Shown here in pieces: positions 51,444 to 64,000 of a DNA stretch of 64,000 nucleotides. Each line of letters opens with the position of its first letter. The stretch's first letter is position 1. The stretch is from Eledone cirrhosa (taxonomy: Eukaryota): positions 49,724,001 through 49,788,000 of the forward strand of contig OZ024741.1 in NCBI GenBank assembly GCA_964016885.1, written 5' to 3'. Position numbers and translations under genes: made by a program. The notes under the pieces are model-generated. The model did not search any database. It was not told the DNA's origin and saw nothing but the letters and a program-made list of their open reading frames with translations.

Positions 51444-52006
51444 CTTTCTTCTCATCTCTATGATGGGACCTACAATGTATCTGTTCTTGCGAAAAACAGT
51501 ATCAGTAGACAAAAAGCCTCCATGACTGTGAAGTCATTTTATCCAGTGTTAAAAGTTGAGCTGAGCACCATATATGGCTTTGCTAATGAATCGGTGCATA
51601 TTCCTTTCTTTGTGCATGGTGGCATTAATATCTTGATTGATATCAATTTTGGAGATGGCAAAGAAAGATCATTTACAAGTGATGATTTGAATCAATTACC
51701 TGAATACTACTACTATGGACCTAATACTTACACTGATTCACTGCATGATATTATCTTGAAACATCTCTATACTACTCCTGGACAATATCAACTTGAACTG
51801 AGTGCCTACAACAAAATATCAAGAGTTAAACGTAAAGTCACCGTGGTGATTGAAGAAGCCATTACTGGTTTCAGGATTGAAACAAATTCTTCACGAGTTA
51901 TCTCATTGGATGAGTCTGTAACTGTATCTGCCTATGTTGACACTGGTAATAACCTTACCTTTAGTTGGGAATGTTCTGATGATTGCTACATAGTCAATTT
52001 AAACAG
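51444..52006 (+). CDS. Polycystin-1-like gene exon (563 nt, phase 0-2), about two PKD domains
   Basis: Acceptor TATTTTTCAG, donor AG|GTAAGA; motifs GTYNVSVLAKNSIS, INFGDG, HLYTTPGQYQLELSAYNKIS, TGNNLTFSW. Confidence 0.93.
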
Positions 52007-52967
52007 GTAAGAGCTACTAACATCTGCTTTCGTTAACCTTTCAAATGTGTAATTGAATAAAACATTTCTTTCTAGATGACTGATGTTCAACATGAGTTTC
52101 TATAGGGATTATTGGTGATGGTGGTTGTGGTGGTGGTGGTGGTGGCAGTGGTGGGTAGTGATGGGGTGGTTGTGGTGGTGACGGGGGGTACTTTTTACAA
52201 AGGTGTTATATATGTTTGTTTTTATCTAAGTAGAGCTGCCAAATGAAAAAGACTTAAAACGAAATAGAAATGCCAGGTCAGGTGACCATGTTTTGCTCAT
52301 ATAGAACTGCTTTTGGCTTGGTTTCTACAGCTGGCTACCCTTCCTGATGCCAACCACATTTACAGTGTGGGCTGGGTGCTTTTTGTTGTGACACCTATAT
52401 GAAGTGTTTTGCTCAAGAACACAACCCAGGAATCGAACCCACAACATAATGATTGTCCAACACCCTTACCACTAAGCCACACACCTCCACAATCAGTGAT
52501 TAGGAGCTGTTATTACCTATTAAGTGAACATCTTTTCATGGATGCATTTTCATGTGTTTATATCCATATTTATTAGCAGCACTCTAGTAGTGCAAAGTAA
52601 CTAGTCCAGATTGAAGTAGAAGAATCTTAATTTTTCTGAAGTAATTTGGTCTTTGTTAGGAATGATTTTATAGAAAAAAAAATGATTTGTTGCTTAAAAT
52701 ATATAAATGTAACCAAAATAGTAATGTTATTGTGCTTTATTATACCTACATTTTCTAATGCATAAAAGAATATAGATAGAAAATAAATTGCAAGCAAGGA
52801 AGAACAGAATAGAAAATATATTTTGTTACTGTATTGATAGCAATTCAGTGACAGTAGAAAAAATTCTTCTAATTGTATGATTACAAGTACACAGCTTCAA
52901 TGTCTTTGTGAGTCTCTTGGGAAAGTATTTAACATGTGGTGCTGTAAATACATATATACATATACAC

Positions 52968-53190
52968 TAGCTCCGAATATAATGGAACCAAACTCCCACT
53001 GTCACTACCTCCGTCTCTCCTACTTTCCCCATTCTCTTTCTATTATGAGCAAATGGGGGCCCATGCGCTTGCCACCCCGGCAGACTAGCCACCCCAGCAG
53101 ACTGGCTGCTCCGTGGCCCTGGCAGACAGAATAGAGAAGGCATTTTCCCAGAGGAGACACAGTGGAAGAGCCATTCCAGCTTGTGAGGTT
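52968..53190 (+). repeat. Unclassified interspersed repeat (family I)
   Basis: CTATTATGAGCAAATGG and CAGACAGAATAGAG are shared with 25125-25265 and 42620-42775. Confidence 0.7.
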
Positions 53191-53508
53191 AAATGGTCAT
53201 TATTCTGCTTGTTTTCCTCCCTCCTAACTTCATGTTGAACAGTATGAAAATATCCCAAGTGTAAAAATACATACTCCAATAATCTAAAAAATTGTCTAAA
53301 TTTATAGAAACTGCTCCATGCTGGCATATGCCATGTAAAACATCCTTAAAAGAAAGTTGTAGAGGAGGGGGGGAAAGTTTTCAAGCCTTCAAGTAATATA
53401 CCAAATAGCAATGAATTCTGTTTTAATCTCATCTGTATCAATAACATGAATTTTTTTTGGAAAGTCACTTGCTGATATCAATATAGGTAACATTATTGTA
53501 TTGGTATT

Positions 53509-53691
53509 ACGGTGGATTGGCAGTATCAGTAGAGGGTCGGACGCCATGCTTTCTAGCATAGTTACGTCCCTTTACGATCTGAGTTCAAATCCCACCGAGG
53601 TTGACTTTGCCTTTCATCCTTACGGGGTCGATAAAATAAAGTACCAGTAATGCACTGGGTAATTGCTGGCCTTGTGCCTAAAGTAGAAACA
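53509..53691 (+). mobile_element. SINE family B with TSD
   Basis: 17-bp TSD ATTATTGTATTGGTATT at 53492-53508 and 53692-53708. Confidence 0.92.
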
Positions 53692-54058
53692 ATTATTGTA
53701 TTGGTATTGATTTTATATTTAATTTGAATTTTTAGTTACCAACTCGGCCAAAACCAGCTCTGGTTCTTTAAAATAAAACCACCTATTTTAAAGGTTTCCA
53801 ATTTAAATTAAAATCTTTCAAAATAATTTTATATAAGAGCCTTACATCTTACAAGTTACTATCTTAATAATGAAATAATTAATCATTTAGCAAATCCCTC
53901 AAAATTCTTCAATAATTAATTAGAATAGAGTGTATTTATTTAGAAATGCAGTCATGAAAGGGTTTTATTTTATTTATTTATTTATTTATTTTTATTTTTT
54001 TTTAGAATGTGTCTCATTTTGAGTTTTGTTTGTAATATTCTTTTCTTCTTTGATTTAG

Positions 54059-54295
54059 TGACAGCCAAAGTAGTACCGCTGTATTCAAATTCATAACAGC
54101 TGGTCAAGAGTATGATATATGGGTATCAGTGGTCAACTTTTGGAAAGAATCAAAAGAATCCTTACAACTACCATTTAAATTTGCTCCAGTTCAGAGGATT
54201 ACCAATGTTGTTATCTTCCCTGTGATGGGCAAATATGGTGCACCATTGTACCAGAATCCAGTTCAGGCCACTTCAAAGATTGCCTTCCAAGCAAA
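54059..54295 (+). CDS. Polycystin-1-like gene exon (237 nt, phase 2-2)
   Basis: Acceptor CTTTTCTTCTTTGATTTAG, donor AA|GTAAGT; encodes (S)DSQSSTAVFKFITAGQEYDIWVSVVNFW...PVQRITNVVIFP...KIAFQA. Confidence 0.88.
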
Positions 54296-55434
54296 GTAAG
54301 TGTTATTTTTTCTTATGTCATCATTATTGTAAATAAATGAGTATTCTTGCAATATTAAAGTATTTCTCTGGTATAATGGAGTATAGTATATTTTATTGTA
54401 ATAGAGTTTTGTAGTTTGAGTGGTTCTAATATTTTTTCTACTCTTGGCACAAGGCCAGCAATTTGAAGGGAAGGGGAAAACCAATTAAATCGACCCCAGT
54501 GCATTACTGGAACTTTATCTTATTGACCATATAAGAATGAAAGCCAAATCTTGGCTTCTGCCTCAAATTTATAATTTATTCTAATAATTTCATATTGAAA
54601 TGTTGGCTGTTTATCTTATTCCATTCATAAGATGTGAATTCTTGTTCAGTAGCAGATCAACTATGATCTGGTTGACATATGCAGATCAGATATGAGTTCA
54701 GGTATTGACTATTGATTAAAAAGTAATAGTATCAAAAGATATCAGTGACATTTTGTTGTGCTCTTTTAAGCAAGGCACATTACTGTATAATAATCCTTAC
54801 TGAAAATATTTGTCAGTCTTGGTCTTGCTGTTGAATGAAAAAAATTAACAAAGAAATCCAGCAATGTCAAGAATTTGCATCATTAATTCAAATTAATTTC
54901 AAAACTATCCAGTCAAGCATAGATGCGATTGTAAAAGCATGATTCAAAACCACAATTATTTTGGGAAATGGGAGGGGTTTTTTTCTAATATACCGTATAT
55001 ATTCGAATATAAGCCAACACCCCCACTATTTTATGTCTGAGAAATAAGTGAAAATCCAAACCCCATTTATAAACTGAGGCAGTTAATCAACACATTGTTT
55101 AGATGGCATATATAATCCAACCTCCCATTTTACTGTCAAATTTTATATCATCATCACCATTTAACATCCATTTTTCCTTGCTTGCATGGGTCAGATAGGT
55201 CTGCATCAAGAGACAAGTCTGGCCAGGATTGGCCATGCCATACCTTGCTCTTTACGGGACTGTAAATTTGGCCGGGGTTTCTACAGCTGGATGTCCTTCC
55301 TAACACCAACCACATTTACAGTATATACAATATATATTTTACAGTTTCTTCATTATATATATTTTAATACATTCTTATTCAGTAACATTTTATTCTTATA
55401 TCCCCCCCCCCCCTCCATCTTTTTTTTATTATAG

Positions 55435-55562
55435 TTGTACTGGTTCAAATGTCACATTTGTGTTTGATTATGGAGATGGTGATGATGATGACACTGTACT
55501 GGGTGTCAACAGCTTCAGTAACAATGTCCAAAATGCTATATCATACAAGATTTTTAATAAAG
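55435..55562 (+). CDS. Polycystin-1-like gene exon (128 nt, phase 2-1)
   Basis: Acceptor TTTTTTTATTATAG, donor G|GTAAGA; encodes (N)CTGSNVTFVFDYGDGDDDDTVLG...ISYKIFNK, with the PKD signature FDYGDG. Confidence 0.9.
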
Positions 55563-56267
55563 GTAAGAAGAAAAGTTACTGTTCAGTTATTTCCTGAAGC
55601 ATTCTTAGAATGACAAAACTGATGCAAATGTGTGTGTATGTGTATGTTCATTTTATTAAGGGTAAATAGTGAGTCTAGTTACTCTGGAGTTTGCATGTTT
55701 TATAGACAGGCGAAACTTCTGAGTAAAGCCTCCACTAAAGGCACCTAAGGGCTAGGTGGTGATGTTAAACTGGACAATGGATTAAATCTATCATATAAGT
55801 TGGCCAGAATGGAATTTAAATTCAGAAAGAAACAAATACTGCAAGGCATTTCATTTAACACTTTAACAATCCTACCAAGCTGTTGCCCTGGACTGGTACA
55901 TTATTTTATCTACCAAAGGATAAAAATCAAAGTTGACCTCAGTGGGATTTGAATTTAGAAAACTGGAACAAATACTACAAGGCATTTTGTCATACACACT
56001 AATGACTTTGTCAGTTTGATGCCATAACATCAGAACATCAGAAAAAAATCAATAACATTTCTAATTCTAACCATTTAGTAGAAGCATTTTAATAGTTTTA
56101 ACGTGAGACAAGTTGGATAGACTACTAGATCTTGTCTCAGTATAAGAAACAATTATCAATTCTGATTTAGATCTGCTTTACCTCACATTGCTAATTTATT
56201 TTGAACTACATGACTGCTACAGCTTTCTAAATCCCAGATTTCTTGATCATCATATTATGATCATTAT

Positions 56268-57433
56268 ATCGAAAGGAGGGCTGGGGATGCCATGGCTAAT
56301 GATGCGTAAACACGCATTAAGGCTACGGCACCTCTACGTATTCCTCACCGGACAACCGGTGTGGGCCTCGTTTGTGAGACGAACCTTTCCCAGACTCGTC
56401 TCACTCACCGAGCTGCAATCCTGGGTCAAGCAAAGACCGAGAAAACTGGGCGCCTGGCACACTGAGTGTGCCCAGGCGCTCACCGCCCTCTGGCAGGCGG
56501 ATCCGGTTATCAGTGGAGACTCCACCGCAACATTCTATAGAGGACTGGTACGCAGCAGGTGCGACGACGCCCTTAGAGAAGCCCTAGACATGGAGGAGGA
56601 CGAACTGGCCAGCCTGTTCGGTAGGACATTCAGCCCGGGACCTATGGACAACTTCCAGAAGTCCCTGGCCTGGCAGTGCTACCGAGGGGCTCTACCCGTT
56701 CGAGAAAAGCTCTACAGACACGGGCGCCCGGGTAGGGACCCCACCAAAAAGATCTGTCCCAGATGCGTGTGCGACGAGGAAACCGTTGCACACGCATTGG
56801 TACACTGCTCGGGCGTAGCCGATCTGTGGGGCTATGTCGAACAACTGCTGTCAAAGGCGGGACCGATCCAGTTGACCACCGAGTCTATTGTAATGATCAA
56901 GCTGCCTCCCCCCTTCAAAAATGAAGGAGAGGCGGTGTTTCTGTGCGTAATAGCCATGGTGAAAGAAGTTGTATGGTGGACGCGTCTGAAAGGACTGAGG
57001 TCAGGCACCTTTCTCGCTGGCCAACAACTGGTCCGTTTCTTCCGATATCATTTCGGAAGAAGGATCAGGATGGAGAGAGAGGTGCTCCACCCCAGTCGTT
57101 TCTATGAAAGGTGGGTGAAAGTGGCGAGAATGGCCCGTGTGAATGGGCCTTCTCTTTACATAAGCCTGTAGGTGTAAAGGAGGAAGGAATGAGGGAGCAC
57201 CTCCTCTCTGTGCTCCTGAGGAGAAGGGTTGCTCACTTTTTTCGGGGGTGTGTGCGACCCCCCAAGGCGCCTCCTCTCTATTGAGGATTTTGTTATAATT
57301 TTATTTTTTGTTATATTTTATTTTATTTTTATATATTGTTATTGCCTCCTCCCTATTGAGGACGCCTTGTTTTGTAAACTGCCCCCATTGTACTTGTCCC
57401 ACTTTTGATGCCCTGGTGGCAAATAAAAGAAAC
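56268..57433 (+). mobile_element. 5'-truncated Tx1/L1-clade LINE (ORF2 C-terminus with zf-RVT zinc knuckle, plus 3' UTR)
   Basis: GC-rich island; GGLGMP...W..YRGALPVREKL...CPRCVCDEETVAHALVHC; stop at 57171; AATAAA at 57422. Confidence 0.9.
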
Positions 57434-57442
57434 ATATATATT

Positions 57443-57620
57443 TGGCAGTATCGGTAGAGAGTCGGACGCCATGCTTTCCAGCATAGTTACGTCCCTTTAA
57501 GATCTGAGTTCAAATCCCGCCAAGGTTGACTTTGCCTTTCATCCTTACGGGGTCGATAAAATAAAGTACCAGTAATGCACTGGGTAATTGCTGGCCTTGT
57601 GCCTAAAGTAGAAACAATTT
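57443..57620 (+). mobile_element. SINE family B
   Basis: Near-identical to 53518-53695. Confidence 0.9.
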
Positions 57621-58329
57621 ATATATACAAATATAGTTTATTTGATGAAAAATTTCAGCTGTGATATTTTCATTGATATGCCTTTTCAAATAATCATCTG
57701 ACTGAAGCAATACAGCATCAGTCTGCATTTGGATTCCTTTAAACTCTTATATTTCTCTGATTTTGATATAATAAGTACTGAATGTAGACTAACTATATAA
57801 TGTAATGATTTAATGGATAATAACTTCATTTTATTTTCTTACACTGCTAATGAGATATATATAAACAAAATATACAAGACTATGATTTGCTAAAGAGGTA
57901 TGGGTAAGGTGAAACTATGTCTGGAGTTGTCTCTCATGCTTGCCAGAAGTGTGAAAATAATATTTTTTCTTCACTGCCTATTTAGTTTTAGTTAACTGAA
58001 AAGTTTATAGGCTGACCAAGATACTCTCATGGAATGACCAAATGGGGTTTATTTTTCAACATAGTCTCTGGAAAGAAACAATGCAGTTATTAATAAGAAA
58101 AGTTGAAATTAATACATGCAAGATTTCACAGCTTTTAGCATCACTCCTTCATAGTCAGCCTAAGAACTTTTCAGCTGGCCCTCATATGTGTGTGTGTATA
58201 TATATTTATATATATATATAATAATCATCATAATGTCTATTTTCAATGCGTGCATGAGTTAGGAACATTGTCATTAACTTTATTTTATATTTTGAAATAA
58301 ATGTTTCATAACCTTTTTGTTTATTTTAG

Positions 58330-58557
58330 AGGGAATTTATTCCATCAAACTGACTGCCAGAAACCCCTTGGGAAATGTAACTGTAGACATGGCAGAACTG
58401 TTTTATGTCCAGTATCCACCTGAAGATGTCAGGATTAAAATGGCAAATACTAATTACTTGTTTGGCTATAACATCACCTTCCAAGGTTCTCTCGGATCAG
58501 GGACAAATGTTTCTTTTGACTGGGACTTAGGAGACCAAACAGAATTAATAAATGCAG
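58330..58557 (+). CDS. Polycystin-1-like gene exon (228 nt, phase 1-1), last exon detected in the window
   Basis: Acceptor TTTATTTTAG, donor G|GTAAAA; encodes (E)GIYSIKLTARNPLG...VQYPP...GSGTNVSFDWDLGD. Confidence 0.92.
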
Positions 58558-60400
58558 GTAAAAAACTTATCTATATTTATAACTTTTTTTTCCATTTACT
58601 TATTTGAGAAAGTGGAGTAATATCTAGTCCATAGTTTTCATCAGTTTTTCTATTCTTTCAGATAAGGATATGTGAGTTGAGATAGTGTAGACAGATATTT
58701 ATTTAATCAAGTTTTTGCAGCTTTCTTGTTTTACAGAAAAACATAAGGGGCGAAGGGTCAGTGCATGCGTTATAGAATCTTGAGTTGATCAATTGCGTCG
58801 GTTGAAGCAAGCAAAATTTTGGCTGCTTACTAAAACGTAGACACACACACATACACACAAACACACGGCAGCTTTGGGGCAAGCAGAATTTTGACTGCTT
58901 ACTAAATAGACACATAAAAAGATAACACACACACACACACTAGATAACACTACATGCTGCTTTGACCGGGAGAGTCATTTAGAGGGAATGGGGGGGGGGG
59001 GGGGGGGGTAAGGCTGCACAGCCCCACTTTCTGCCATGGCGATTGGACTGCATGCCCTGCTTTCCAGGTTACCCTTCGCCACTGAAAAACACATGTGGGA
59101 AGTGAGTTCCAGCAAGACAATGCAATTCTGTACAAGATTTAGACAAAAATTATTAGTACAGTGTGTGATGAGAAAACATGCATGTTAATTTATATAATTT
59201 GATAATCTTTCAGCAGTCCATTACATAATCTGTTTGCTCTTCTATGTTTAGTATATGCTACATGTGTAGGTAATATGAAAATAGAGGGACAAAAGTGTTA
59301 CCAGAACTGTTAGAATAGGAAGAGGCTCTAAACTTACACATTATTGTAACTATGACATTGTGTATTTAAAACATCCTGCTCAGCTTCCTTCAGTCTAGAT
59401 ACATATTAGAAAAAGGTAATTAGAACTAGAAGCAGTATCTGGCCACAAAACACCGCTTTTGTAGTTATACACTATCAGTAAAACAAGGAGATGAAAACGT
59501 TTTAATGCTAACATAAAATAATTATTTCTACTTTTAGCACAAGGCCAGCAATTACCCAGTACATTACTGGTACTTTATTTTATGCTAACATAAAATAATA
59601 TTTGTAAATAAATGATTATTTTAAAACATAAATATGAAGAACTGTGCTACTATTCAAAAGGTTGACCACACCCAGTCAATGCAATAATATTGTATCGCTG
59701 CTCTTCATTGTTATATTAAAGTGTAATCTACAATGTCAACAATAAAAAATATGTGGCCATCTTAGATATGAGAGCAGTAGTTTGTATTTTTGAGCCCTGT
59801 GAAGTCTTTACAATTGTCCTGGCTGAAATAGTTAAATTCTTGCAATAATTATGTGAGCAGAATGTCACAGTCTCTTTTAAATTTGAAATGCTTAAAATAT
59901 GAATCTTCTGGAAATCATTGCTACCATAAGCATATTGCTTCTATTATTTTGTGGGGTGCAGACATTCATAATTTTCTGACAAAAATGACAAAATTTTCTG
60001 TCAACAATGTTTTGGAGGTGCACCTGCACCCCATGCATCCCCAGCAATATGCCACTGATTGCTATAGACAGTAAACTGTAACATATGTAATAATGAGGAT
60101 CTTTATATATATATATATATATATATTTATATTGAGGTTTGCTTAAGAGAAATTGTATCATGATGTTTCTCTTTGAATGAAGTTTTAATGTAATAAAATG
60201 TTTCTAAATTGTCAGATCCTCTGTGAGGATCTGACAATTTTGGTTTTCATTGAGGGAGAAAAAAAAAGGTTAAATTCTAGTGGAAATATTACTGAGGTTG
60301 GATTTTAAAAATATAGAAGCTCTTAGGTAACATAACTTTATATGGTGATGTAGGATAGAGTATATTACAAACTAAAGATATATGCTGGCATGATCAGTTA

Positions 60401-63400
60401 AACTATAATATTGTCATCTATGGTACAGTATAGTACAGCTTACTACAATATTATCGTCTATGTTACAGTATAGTACAGCTTACTATGATATTGTCATCTA
60501 TGGTACAGTATAGTACAACATACTATAATATTATCATCTATGGTACAGTATAGTATGGCTTACTATAATATTGTCATCTATGGTACAGTATAGTACAACA
60601 TACTATAACATTGTCATCTATAGTACAGTATAGTACAACATACTATGATATTGTCATCTATGGTACAGTATAGTACAGCAAACTATAATATTGTCATCTT
60701 TGCTACAGTATAGTACAACATACTATAATATTATCATCTATGGTACAGTATAGTATGGCTTACTATAATATTGTCATCTATGGTACAGTATAGTACAACA
60801 TACTATAACATTGTCATCTATGGTACAGTATAGTACAACATACTATGATATTGTCATCTATGGTACAGTATAGTACAGCTTACTATAATATTGTCATCTA
60901 TAGTACAGTATAGTACAGCTTATTATGGTACAGTATAGTACAGCTTACTATAATATTGTCATATATGGTACAGTATAGTACAGCTTACTATAATATTGTC
61001 ATCTATGGTACAGTATAGTAGAGCTTACTATAATATTGTCATCTATGGTACAGTATAGTACAACATACTATGATATTGTCATCTATGGTACAGTATAGTA
61101 CAGCTTACTATGATATTGTCATCTATGGTACAGTATAGTACAACATACTATGATATTGTCATCTATGGTACAGTAGAGTACAACATACTATGATATTGTC
61201 ATCTATGGTACAGTATAGTACAGCTTACTACGATATTGTCATCTATAGTACAGTATAGTACAACATACTATAATATTGTCATCTATGGTACAGTATAGTA
61301 CAGCTTACTATGATATTGTCATCTATGGTACAGTATAGTACAACATACTATGATATTGTCATCTATGGTACAGTAGAGTACAACATACTATGATATTGTC
61401 ATCTATGGTACAGTATAGTACAGCTTACTACGATATTGTCATCTATAGTACAGTATAGTACAACATACTATAATATTGTCATCTATGGTACAGTATAGTA
61501 CAACATACTATGATATTGTCATCTATGGTACAGTAGAGTACAACATACTATGATATTGTCATCTATGGTACAGTAGAGTACAACATACTATGATATTGTC
61601 ATCTATGGTACAGTAGAGTACAACATACTATGATATTGTCATCTATGGTATAGTATAGTACAGAAAACTATAATATTGTCATCTATGGTACAGTATAGTA
61701 CAACATACTATAATATTGTCATCTATGGTATAGTATAGTACAGCTTACTATGATATTGTCATCTATGGTACAGTATAGTACAGCTTACTATGATATTGTC
61801 ATCTATGGTACAGTATAGTACAACATACTATGATATTGTCATCTATGGTACAGTATAGTACAGCTTACTACGATATTGTCATCTATAGTACAGTATAGTA
61901 CAACATACTATAATATTGTCATCTATAGTACAGTATAGTACAGCTTACTATGATATTGTCATCTATAGTACAGTATAGTACAACATACTATGATATTGTC
62001 ATCTATGGTACAGTATAGTACAACATACTATGATATTGTCATCTATGGTACAGTATAGTACAACATACTATGGTATTGTCATCTATGGTACAGTATAGTA
62101 CAACATACTATAACATTGTCATCTATGGTACAGTATAGTACAACATACTAGGATATTGTCATCTATGGTACAGTATAGTCCAAGATACTATGATATTGTC
62201 ATCTATGGTACAGTATAGTACAACATACTATGATATTGTCATCTATGGTACAGTATAGTACAACATACTATAACATTGTCATCTATGGTACAGTATAGTA
62301 CAACTTACTATGATATTGTCATCTATGGTACAGTATAGTACAGCTTACTATAATATTGTCATCTATAGTACAGTATAGTACAGCTTACTATGATATTGTC
62401 ATCTATAGTACAGTATAGTACAACATACTATGATATTGTCATCTATGTACAGTATAGTACAGCTTACTATGATATTGTCATCTATGGTACAGTATAGTAC
62501 AGCTTACTATGATATTGTCATCTATGGTAAAGTATAGTACAGCAAACTATAACATTGTCATCTATGGTACAGTATAGTACAACATACTATAATATTGTCA
62601 TCTATGGTACAGTATAGTACAGCTTACTATGATATTGTCATCTATGGTACAGTATAGTATAACATACTATAATATTGTCATCTATGGTACAGTATAGTAC
62701 AACTTACTATGATATTGTCATCTATGGTACAGTATAGTACAGCTTACTATGATATTGTCATCTATGGTACAGTATAGTACAGCTTACTATGATATTGTCA
62801 TCTATGGTACAGTATAGTACAGCTTACTATGATATTGTCATCTATGGTACAGTATAGTACAGCTTACTATAATATTGTCATCTATGGTATAGTATAGTAC
62901 AGCTTACTATGATATTGTCATCTATGGTACAGTATAGTACAACATACTATAATATTGTCATCTATGGTACAGTATAGTACAACATACTATGATATTGTCA
63001 TCTATGGTACAGTATAGTACAACATACTATGATATTGTCATCTATAGTACAGTATAGTACAACTTACTATGATATTGTCATCTATGGTACAGTATAGTAC
63101 AACATACTATAATATTGTCATCTATGGTACAGTATAGTACAACATACTATGATATTGTCATCTATGATACAGTATAGTACAACTTACTATGATATTGTCA
63201 TCTATAGTACAGTATAGTACAACTTACTATGATATTGTCATCTATTGTACAGTATAGTACAGCTTACTATGATATTGTCATCTATGGTACAGTATAGTAC
63301 AACATACTATGATATTGTCATCTATGGTACAGTATAGTACAACATACTATAATATTGTCATCTATGGTACAGTATAGTATAGCATACTATGATATTGTCA

Positions 63401-64000
63401 TCTATGGTACAGTATAGTACAACATACTATAACATTGTCATCTATAGTACAGTATAGTACAACATACTATAATATTGTCATCTATGGTACAGTATAGTAC
63501 AGCTTACTATGATATTGTCATCTATGGTACAGTATAGTACAGCTTACTATGGTATTGTCATCTATAGTACAGTATAGTACAGCTTACTATAATATTGTCA
63601 TCTATAGTACAGTATAGTACAGCATACTATGATATTGTCATCTATAGTACAGTATAGTACAGCTTACTATAATATTGTCATCTATAGTTCAGTATAGTAC
63701 AGCTTACTATAATATTGTCATCTATAGTACAGTATAGTACAGCTTACTATGGTATTGTCATCTATGGTACAGTATAGTACAGCTTACTATGGTATTGTCA
63801 TCTATGGTACAGTATAGTACAACATACTATAATATTGTCATCTATGGTACAGTATAGTACAACATACTATGATATTGTCATCTATGGTACAGTATAGTAC
63901 AGCAAACTATAATATTGTCATCTATGGTACAGTATAGTACAGCTTACTATGGTATTGTCATCTATGGTACAGTATAGTACAACATACTATGATATTGTCA
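60401..64000. repeat. 40-bp satellite/minisatellite array, ~90 copies, runs off the window end
   Basis: Unit TATTGTCATCTATGGTACAGTATAGTACA(GCT/ACA)TACTAT(G/A)A. Confidence 0.98.

Noticed and set aside
51423-52010. Standalone 195-aa gene as given in the ORF track
   Set aside because: It is an internal exon; the ATG is intronic and the stop lies in the donor GTAA.
60401-64000. CRISPR-like appearance of the 40-bp array
   Set aside because: Units are contiguous with no unique spacers, there are no cas genes, and the context is eukaryotic.

Overview
AT-rich, repeat-dense eukaryotic genomic DNA. The SINE, RTE-LINE and MITE families suggest an octopod cephalopod; this is inference from repeat style. 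The window lies inside one large + strand gene. Six GT-AG exons (17783-17941, 45323-45467, 51444-52006, 54059-54295, 55435-55562, 58330-58557) have matching phases and splice into one open frame of about 486 aa of tandem PKD (Ig-like) domains, i.e. a polycystin-1-like ectodomain whose start and end lie outside the window. The rest is intronic: Penelope-like (GIY-YIG) fragments, RTE and Tx1/L1-like LINE 3' ends, two tRNA-derived SINE families, piggyBac/mariner/pogo-type MITEs, a decayed piggyBac transposase, a composite Helitron, a probable LTR, many micro/minisatellites and a 3.6 kb 40-bp satellite at the end. The most notable observations are a fold-back carrying a minimal type I hammerhead ribozyme motif (6451-6740), RTE LINEs with a PHD finger inside the RT region and a 3' module that repeatedly seeds tandem arrays, and a 30-bp in-frame duplication in a PKD exon. 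Most ORFs in the supplied track are spurious products of repeats.
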